Assembly: GCA_030141605.1 (NCBI GenBank)
Contig: JAQGDQ010000725.1
Coordinates: forward strand, 1-64,000
From: Tubiluchus corallicola
Taxonomy: Eukaryota > Animalia > Priapulida
DNA length: 64,000 bases
Direction of reading: 5' to 3'
Below the pieces are notes generated by a model. The model saw only the letters and a list, made by a program, of their open reading frames with translations. It searched no databases and had not been told where the DNA came from. Shown in pieces: positions 54,832 through 64,000 of this stretch (positions are counted from its first letter, which is position 1; each line of letters begins with the position of its first letter). Both the position numbers and the translations under genes were made by a program.

Positions 54832-55016
54832 GTAAGCCAGACTAAGTTATTCGATAGGCTAAGTTGGAGTGCCTGAAAAGGGCGTGTTCTTCGAAGTTTT
54901 ATCCAATTAAATCACTCGTAAATGCTTAAAAAAATTGCATGATTAGATAGCCGAGATTATTCTGAATAGAACAGTACCTAATTTGTAATCATTTAATTGT
55001 GTCTGTACTCATACAG

Positions 55017-55169
55017 TAGCAGAGACGTCGTAGACCTTATTAGTCGTTATTTTGAGTGGCGCAGTCCTGAAGGCGTTAAACCTGACATCAACGAAAAGTG
55101 CTGGAAACAATGGGAAAATAATGGCCCAGACAACACAGATCCCATCTACCCTGTTGAAGTACCAATAAA
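55017..55169 (+). CDS. Candidate coding exon (SRDVVDLISRYFEWRSPEGVKPDINEKCWKQWENNGPDNTDPIYPVEVPIK), product unknown
   Basis: Acceptor ctcatacag|, donor aa|gtatgc; 153 bp, phase 2-2; complex protein-like composition. Confidence 0.5.
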
Positions 55170-55502
55170 GTATGCTTGCTAGACCAATAAGGAGAAAGGC
55201 ATCTATTTATCTTTATTGACTATAAATCTAGGACGAATTGGACAGGCTATGATGTAAATAAGTCGCGAGTCGCATTAATATTGACAATAGAAATCAAAAA
55301 TAGCATTTTTTAAAATGCTAAAAAAAGTTAAAATGTATTTTTGGTATTTTAACGGTATTATAATTATTTCGGTTTAATCGGACGCTTTCTTTAATTGCAA
55401 GATGACAGGGAAATTGTTGTGAACTATCTCTAGTGATAATTATTAGCATACGAAGAGGTCTACCTACTAGTGCAGGTACAGTCATTATGCCTCATTATAC
55501 CT

Positions 55503-55805
55503 GGTTTTGTCGTAAAACTTGCCTTGTTAAGATAGAGTACAACACGCTGAATATCTTACAGTAACACTGTACTTCAATTTTCTCTTTCACAAATACGTGC
55601 AACACCGCTCGTTGAATATTTTTGCTTTTGAAAATTATGTTAGTTTGTGATGTCATCAATAGTTGGGCTTACCCGCTGTGTAATTATGTTTTTAATCTAT
55701 TATTTAATTATCAGAAACGCTTTTGCTGCAGTATTGGCACTAAAATGTATACTTCTTATCGGATTTGAAAATGGTGCAGTATGTGAAAAATCATCCCGTC
55801 TTCCT
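55503..55805 (-). mobile_element. Kolobok-like family A, left-half fragment (reverse)
   Basis: Reverse complement of 15205-15495. Confidence 0.75.
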
Positions 55806-56434
55806 TGACTTTAAAATGGAAAATCAAAATGGGAAAATTTTGAATCGTTAAATTCATAACAATAACGACACATTCTACTCATCCTTAAACAACTTTAACA
55901 GGTTGAGCGTTTTCTAAGCCTAAGGGAACGTCGTTCGTAACGCCAGTGCTGTAAAATCACGATTAGGGGGCTGTTAACACGATATTTTACTGCAGTTCGG
56001 CTAATAATGATTCTCAGACTGTAACTGTACACATTACGTTGCAGAAATCGTTTCTAGAGCACGAATTTGCGGTGCAACAAAGCTAATAGAAAATTTTATC
56101 AACATTTTGGGTGTTCTCTAGGCGCATTGTGCGTACGTCTGTAATGACAGGTAATCATGAAAAGCGGAAAAAATTACTAAGTGAAATTCGAGTTCATAGT
56201 GCAAAATGTTAACTGACAAGGCAATTAATTGAATTTCTTAACTATTTTTACGCAGTTTCTTTACGAACGCTGTCAAATATTTTACTACACTGAAGTTCCT
56301 TACTAGAAAAGTTAATTATTTGAAAATTTCAATAGGCGTAGAACGAAAAACCTGTTTTGTGATACAAACATTTAACAATTTTACCAAAACGTTTAAAAAT
56401 ATCGCAACAAAGAAATGTAAAAGACACGGCATTT

Positions 56435-56756
<322 letters not shown>

Positions 56757-57444
56757 AATTTCCTATTAGCAAACAAAGTCTTATAGTTCACTTACATGCT
56801 CATCTGGAACACATTATGGAGCTGTTCAATAGCTAGCGCCGTATCACATTCTACACATTGACAAAATTTTCACAGTTGTTACTCACCCACTGTTACACCG
56901 ATGCACCAATTTGACCAAGTGTACATTTCTAGGTAAAAAAATGATTTGACTGCTTAATTGAATTTGCTGAAATCTGTCCCAGGCATTTGATATGGTTTTG
57001 CATAGCCGGTTTTTTCGCTATTCTGTCTTTGAATACTTTGAATCTGAAGACTTTCTCCTTTATGCCTGAATTAAAGCAAACTTTTTGCAGTGTTTTTGGA
57101 TGATTCTTGTTCTTAGCTTTTTTTTAATTTTGACTACAAAAGGTCTCATTTCTCTTTGACTCAATTTAAAATTTAGTTTTGAAGTCAAGGACAGAACTGA
57201 TTTATTTTCTACCTCATCCATAATTGCGGATTTTTTAAAAGTATATAGAAAATTCTTACTTTTTGTGTATCTTTCTTTTAATATATATTTGGAAACCAAA
57301 TATATTTGGAAACCAAACCACTTTTACTAACACAAAAAAACCTAATGGTATAATCGACGAAAAATTAAAAGAACGATTATATCAATTTATGGAAAACGGA
57401 ACTCTTTAGCCATGATAGAAAAATCGGGCAAACCCTTATTATAA

Positions 57445-58008
57445 CGCTTATAGGGTCACCGGGGGTAAAAATTACCCCCAGACCCGGTTTTTTGTATTTC
57501 ACCCTTTTACCATACACATCCCAGTAAACCTTTTCTTTTTCTAAATATGTTTTGTGCACAAAATACTTTCAGTTGTTTATTTTAGGCGCATTGTCTCACC
57601 ACAAAATAAAAGTGAAAATGCAATATGTCGATTTTTTGGTGGCAAGTTGTGCTGAAAATAGACAGTTAATCAAATTACTCCACCTAAAAGAAGAAAGTAG
57701 TAGACAATAAATTCAAAATAACGATGATTTTTGCACACGCGCTAGCAATGTCGGTTGTCTACACTTATTCTAGCATAGATAAGGGAACGTAACTAAGTGA
57801 ATTTAAATTTCGTATTACTAGTAAGTCACGTGTCTTTGATCAGAGATAAAGTGTATCCTATAGTGGTCAGCATAACCACAAATTAAACCGCCACACAGTA
57901 ATGAAACATGGCGGTTTATCGAAAGTAATTTACGAATTATGGTGGGGGTAATTTTTTACCCCCCCCCGTTACCAAAATCGGTTGTAAAAAATCGTGACCC
58001 TATCAGGG
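57445..58008. mobile_element. piggyBac-like MITE, second family
   Basis: ataa|cgcttatagggtcac ... gtgaccctatcaggg|ttaa imperfect TIRs; subterminal palindromes gggggtaa...ttaccccc at both ends. Confidence 0.75.
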
Positions 58009-59012
58009 TTAAGAACCTAAAGAACTTTTAACCCAATATAAAATGTGAAACTACTTGTTGTTCTGAAGTTACCAAAAAGTTAATAAGAAAATTCACTAAA
58101 CTTAAAAAAGCTCTCATAAATTGTAAATTAAAACAGGTCGTTATCAAAACCTAAACAAATTCTAACCGAAAATCGCATATGTTAGTATTACCAAAATCGG
58201 AAGTAGAGATCGAACTTCATTTCAATTTTACATTCTACTTTACATATGACGACTTGAGATTTAACTTATACAAAAAAAAACTGAAACACTTTGTACCTAT
58301 TTTTGCTGTTATGCCTGAATGAGAGAAATTTAGATTTTTATTAGGTTAGAGTCATTTAGGTATTCTTAAAATTATAATCAACTGATAGCAATATAATTGA
58401 GAGCATTAGAATATAATATAATTATATTGCAACTGAATTACGTGCGAGTAATGATATTTAAATCTCACATTCGTGCCTAATATATAATTAGTAGGTTGTT
58501 AAAATATTAATGCTTTTTAATACTAACTTATCTGACTTTTAAACGGTTTGAATGCACCTAAATTGATGTTTCTTATTTAGAGAAACTTCTATGTGTTCTA
58601 TAGTAATGTTATGTGTTTCTTGTTGGCCATATTTTTATGTAACTGTTTGGTTGCTGTGATAAATACATAAACTGAGATTTTCCTCTGTGATTTGCCTGGT
58701 TTAGTTCCATCTTGGTGAAATAGGTGGTGATTTGAAATCTTAGAAAACACATCAATAACATAGAAATTTTAAAATATGAAAGTAATTACAAAAAGGCTGA
58801 TCGTACTTTTGGTTTTTTGATAATAATTAGTAACCAATTTTTCCTCTATTAATTGCCTTTAATAAAACCTGTTAATGCAGATGACGGGATTTCTCATCAC
58901 ACTAAAATATTAGGAAATTTTTAGCAGTTTTATAATTAATTTAATGTTAATTCTAATTATATATTTTTCGTCTTCTGTATAATATGATAAAATCTTTCGT
59001 GGAGATCTTTAA

Positions 59013-59471
59013 CCCTTTCAGTCCCAAATTATTTTTTAATAAGAAAACATTTTTTGGCTTAGTACTTTTGTTCAATATGTCCATCTTGTTTACACATAAT
59101 AATAATTTTTTTCTACCTGTATCCGTGTGCTAAATATAGCCTGTATCCCACAGGATACATTGGGATTGAATGGAAGCGTAAAATGTGCTTCATTTTGCAA
59201 CTGCTGATAATTTTTTAAAGTGTTTAAGACATTTAGTATGCATGCTATGCTGATCTGTACAAAGTCATCTCTAAAGTACTGTTCCTTGCACAGTTTTTTA
59301 TGCTATGTAGATTTTCTAGTTTGCCATTTTATCACCATTTTTAGTCTATTGTTATTGGCTTAAATCAAAATAACTATTAACAGATCAAACAACTGTCAGT
59401 TTTAAAATTTTATTAATTTTAAAGGCAGAAAATATTCTTGTATCCCACGGGATACAATGGGTATGAAAGGG
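59013..59471. mobile_element. piggyBac-like MITE, inverted near-identical copy of 40997-41453
   Basis: TTAA|CCCTTTCA ... TGAAAGGG|CTAA; colinear reverse complement. Confidence 0.93.
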
Positions 59472-59619
59472 CTAAGGGAACACATTGCAAAAAGTTCCGT
59501 TGGCCTGATTTCACGTGCTCAACATGGTAAAAACAGTTTGGCTAACATTTGCCTTTGCAATATTGATGACATTTCGTGCTTCTAATCTTGTGGTTTTTCT
59601 GTACTGAATGTTCCATTAG

Positions 59620-60289
59620 GAAAACTTTGGACTCTTCCAAGAATGGGGACCAAGTGGTCAATCCTACAGTTGAGGCTGCAAAAAATATAACATAGATGCT
59701 AATAAAGAAAGGGTGAAGATCATGAAAAAGTCTGAATGGAAGCAAGAAATAAAGAATAAGATTGAATATTGTATAAAGAATGTTGTATAATGAATTTACA
59801 GAAAAATGCAGGAGCAGCACTAAATTAAGATTTTTAAGGCATACCGAGTGGAAACGACAAAATTACATAGACACATGCGAGCCAGAAGAGGTTAAAGATA
59901 TATTGAAAATAAGACTGAATACGATTAAAGTTAAAGGGAACTACAAGAATGAGTTTAAGGATCAGTTATTATGCCCAGTGTGTGAGGAAGATGATGACAC
60001 TACTGAACATATGCTTAGATGTTACAGATATGGAGAATGGACAAAAATTTGAACTCAGATGTATTAATGAAAAGTGAAAAGGAAGGATTGCTAGAAATTA
60101 GAAATCTAGTGAACGAATGTATGGAATACAGGATAAAGACAAATAAAGACATTAAACTTGGAAAAGACAACTAAAAATCAGCGTTAACGATAGACTTTGC
60201 ACCCTATAAAGGTGCCCGCCTCTGATAGGTGGAGAGAGTCTAGTATCGCAATCGCAAATCCTCGTTGTTGGCGACAAGGACCACAATGA
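59620..60289 (+). pseudogene. Candidate last exon interrupted by a LINE (KKTLDSSKNGDQVVNP^RCWRQGPQ*)
   Basis: Acceptor ttccattag| at 59619, phase-compatible with exon 55017-55169; removing the LINE and one AATCCT copy restores an open frame to TGA at 60287-60289. Confidence 0.35.
59666..60256 (+). mobile_element. 5'-truncated LINE 3' end with CCHC knuckle
   Basis: KYNID...RVKIMKKSEWKQEIKNKI...ILKIRLNTIKVKGNYK......CPVC....DTTEHML.C; short (atcgca)n tail; candidate TSD AATCCT (59660-59665, 60257-60262). Confidence 0.85.
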
Positions 60290-60799
60290 TGTTCGACTGG
60301 CTGTAGAACTTTCCTCAGGAATGGGTCCACGGCTTCAAGCTAGATGGATTTGTATTGACTAATGCTAAAAATGAGCATTCGTTGAGTTCTGAGCATTTCT
60401 TTTTCATTGTGAGATATTTTATTAGCGTAATTTCTTATAATTAAAAGCTTAAATTGTGATAACGTACGTGAAATGAGTTCTTGAGCTATTTTCGTTTGAC
60501 GGTTAGCTTGAAATGAACTTCTGATGAAGCTTTTCATTCATATTTTTATCCTTACTGTTCTTTATTGGCTTTACTGCCATTTCAAATTCATTCAGTACAA
60601 AAATTGCTTTCTTTCACACATTTTTAAGTGCCCAAAGATTTATTAACATTTTTTATTGATGTATTGTAAGCTTATTAGTAGATGTTTTTTTTTAAATTGA
60701 AATTGTGTAAATCAGCTTGTTAAGCTTGTTAAATAGTGGTTCATTTGTAAAGTAGCCATGGAGAATGTAAGCTTTTTATGAAAGTGAAAGACATTTTTT

Positions 60800-61079
60800 A
60801 CTTACTTACTTACTTACTGCTTGCTTGCTTACTTGCAAACTTATATACATACATACATACATACATACATACATACATGCATGCATGCATGCATGCATAC
60901 ATGCATGCATGCATACATACATACATACATACATACATACATACATACATACATACATACATACATACATACATACATACATACATACATACATACATGC
61001 ATACATACATACATACTTACCTTCTTTCTTTCTTACTTAATTACTTACTTAGTCACTTTCTTACTTACTTTCTTATTTT

Positions 61080-61171
<92 letters not shown>

Positions 61172-61200
61172 AAATAATTAATTACGTATACTTACTTACT
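60800..61200. repeat. (TACA/TGCA/TTAC)n microsatellite
   Basis: Direct observation. Confidence 0.95.
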
Positions 61201-61905
61201 AAGTTACTGACAAAATCCTGGCGGTTACTCTATCTACCGTTTCCTTGCGGTTAAGGCTATTATCTGGGCCAGATGCCCTATAAAGAAAAACGATCGCAAA
61301 ATTCAGCGATTGTTTAAAGCAAAGTTCAACAAACGCACACCCTAGCTTGTCATCGCTTAAGGTGTTTTTTTACTCAACTCAATAACACATCTTATGCACG
61401 AATTCAAAACGTGTTTAGAAAAAAAGCACGTGTGACGTCACCGCCTTCCATTTTCTCACACGTGCTGAGTTAAACCGAGTTTACGCTAACATTTTACAAG
61501 CATAAACTTAAACGACTCGCAGGAGTAAATACATGACCTATCTAACAGCCTTGTTGGGTCTGCTTCGCCTCAACAGTAAACATACATTTGCGTAAACAAA
61601 CGTTATCATTATGCGGCGTAAGTAGTGGCAAAAACAAGGATGTTCTTGTGTTTAAACCGCTGCTATCATCAGCTCCTGTATCCATCTCACTACGGTCGGT
61701 AGTTCTCAATTGAATCTCTAAGAGAGTCAGGCTCACATCATTTACTTGGTGGAGATCTTGTTTATCTGATGGCATCTGCAGCTGCTGCCAACACGTGCAA
61801 GTGCAGAATGCCAGAAACTTGAAAATCGTTGAACAAAAAGAAGCCATTTTGCACATTAATCGTCTCGCCTGGTACCTTTATTTCTTTGGCCTACATGCAA
61901 TTAAC

Positions 61906-62335
61906 GTCTACAATTTGCATTTTGTAGTTTAAAGGAAAACGGCCTGATTTTTCGTATATTACCACATTTTGAAATAAGTTATTATTCGTACTTTGTAGTT
62001 TAAAGGAAAACAGCATAATTTTTCATATATTACACCGTTTTGAAGTAAGTCTATTATTTTCATTTTGTAGTTTAAAGGAAAACGGCATGATTTTTTATAT
62101 ATTACACCGTTTTGAAGTAAGTCTACAATTTGCGTTTTGTAATTTAAAGGAAAACAGCATGAGTTTTCATATATTACCCCATTTTGAAGTAAGTCTATTA
62201 TTTGCATTTTGTAGTTTAAAGGAAAACGGCATGATTTTTCATACATTACCACATTCTGAAGTAAGTCTATAATTCCCACTTTGTAATTTAAAGTAAAACA
62301 TCATGATTTTTTCATATCCTACCCCATTTTGAAGT
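61906..62335. repeat. 72-bp tandem repeat x6 made of flank + TTAA + left terminus of family A
   Basis: Units start at 61922, 61993, 62065, 62137, 62209, 62281; each has ttaa|aggaaaac.gcatgatttttcatatt as at 15201 and 27728. Confidence 0.93.
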
Positions 62336-62668
62336 ACAGTGGGTAAAAAGTATACATTTCAACACCTGTAATAATACCAAAGCCTTTCTAATAATCAAAT
62401 AATGGATTAAGAACTTAATTAACTACAGAGGAGCCCAGCTGATGACGACATCACAAATGAACATAATTTTCAACAGCCCAAGCATTCTACGAGCGGATTG
62501 GACGTGTTTGCAAAACCGAAAAATGAAGTACAGTGCTACTGTATAAAATTTTGTGTGATATACAATTACCGTTATGTTTTAATAATTGTTTTATGTAAAA
62601 ATAGTGTGTTCCTTTAATATAGGGTAGATTGTTCTGAGCTGTAGTTTAAAATTGGGTCCAGTTTTCCT
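62292..62668 (+). mobile_element. Kolobok-like family A copy (internally deleted)
   Basis: Continues from the last tandem unit; ends gggtccagttttcct|ttaa. Confidence 0.8.
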
Positions 62669-63003
62669 TTAATGATTCATCGAAGAAGTCGAACTACGAA
62701 CATCTGCGGTTCTGTCAATCATTACATAATTAATACTTGTTCAAAACGGAGACGTTTAAAGGTGATTCTATAATCTTGCATTTAGTTTTTGATATCGTGA
62801 CTTGTAACTCTTTTAAACAGAAGAAGCCATTGTGCCGATTTCCCAATTTTGTTACATAACCATTAGGATGTGACGAGACAATGAGCTCGTTCAAGTGCAT
62901 GGCGGCAACTGCCACGCCTGAAAATTTCTATTCAGAGGTAGTATATTTTATATTTATGCTTTATAGACAGTTCTTTGCAAATTTCTTTGTTATATTTTTT
63001 TAA

Positions 63004-63204
63004 GTTTAAGTGATAACAGTAAAATGAACCAAGAATGTTGACTGACTTGTTCCTTCCTTTAGCACACCACAAACAGTTTAAGTGATAACAGTAAAATAAA
63101 CCCAACATACTGAGTGATTTGTTCTTTCATTTAGCACACCACAAACAGTTTAAGTGATAACAGTAAAATAAACCCAACATTGAGTGATTTGTTCTTTCCT
63201 TTAA
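63004..63204. repeat. 72-bp tandem repeat (~3 copies) of the family B right terminus
   Basis: gtttaagtgataacagtaaaat at 63004, 63076, 63148. Confidence 0.9.
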
Positions 63205-63681
63205 TATGTAAATTACACATTTCAAATTGCCAAATTGTTGCAATGTAGATCTATCTTATACAAACAATGTTAACAGCGCTCAGGTATTTGTACTCGTGTG
63301 TACTTGCGTAGAGTGTCGGTACACATATCTTTCCGTTTTTTTATTAGTCGATACGCGATTGACACGTTAATCGAAGAATCAATGTCGGCACGCCGCTATA
63401 AAGTAAAGTGTTACGTTTTGAGTTCACACTGGATAAGTTATATCAGCAAAAGCTAATCACCAATCCACCTGACGGCTTCAGCTTTCAAAATTATGATTAG
63501 ATTAAAGGTGCCGCTTTGACGAGAGTACACAGGTGAGTACTGTACATTGATTTTCATTAAACACAAGCCTTATTTGCACCTGCATGTGTGAGCCGTGTTT
63601 TAACTGATAATGAAAAACAGTAAATTGGCCATCAGACTGTAACAGTTGCAGTTTCATAAAGCGAGATTTATAACCGTTCAT

Positions 63682-63705
63682 GTTATTATTATTATTATTA
63701 TAATG

Positions 63706-63757
<52 letters not shown>

Positions 63758-63893
63758 GTAATAATGATAATAATAACAATAACAATAACAACAACAACAA
63801 TAATAACAACAACAACAACAACAACAACCACAATAACAACAACAACAACAATAGTAATAATAATAATAATAATAATAATTATTATTATTATTA
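63682..63893. repeat. (TAA/CAA/TTA)n microsatellite
   Basis: Direct observation. Confidence 0.95.
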
Positions 63894-64000
63894 TAAAAAT
63901 CAGTTTAAGTTGTTATAGCAATTTTCAGTTTTTAGCTGTTATCACAAATCGGTATTTTATTTACGTATTTAATTATCAATGAAATTATCAGAATTTGTCA

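Larger units (their letters stand above)
61318..63200 (+). mobile_element. Kolobok-like family B (long copy) with a nested family A element
   Basis: ttaa|agcaaagttcaa ... ttgttctttcct|ttaa; both ends homologous to 22752-23306. Confidence 0.55.

Noticed and set aside
55058-55070. tRNA-Ser-like primer binding site TGGCGCAGTC
   Set aside because: No upstream LTR ending in CA and no gag; it lies inside a better-supported candidate exon.

Overview
AT-rich eukaryotic DNA, most likely a metazoan invertebrate. There are no prokaryote-style genes, operons or CRISPR arrays. The window is dominated by repeats. These include long microsatellites, about ten minisatellite arrays (23-79 bp units, several with higher-order duplications), and 5'-truncated LINE ends (RTE, R1/LOA-like with RNase H, CR1/L2-like, CCHC-bearing), several with clean target-site duplications (TSDs). 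Also present are non-autonomous DNA transposons (hAT-like with an 8-bp TSD, piggyBac-like and Kolobok-like with TTAA), a tRNA-derived SINE, a 5S rRNA pseudogene and several long inverted repeats. Most ORFs in the track are repeat artefacts. Best non-TE signals: (1) a candidate spliced + strand gene (54741-54831, 55017-55169, and a last exon at 59620-60289 split by a LINE) with a repeated [IV]NxxCW[KR]Q motif; (2) a candidate exon holding a 30-bp repeat with synonymous-type variation (9308-10309); (3) a recurring 'tails-out' palindrome architecture in three unrelated families, one carrying a vestigial hammerhead core. All calls are from reading by eye; no database search was run.
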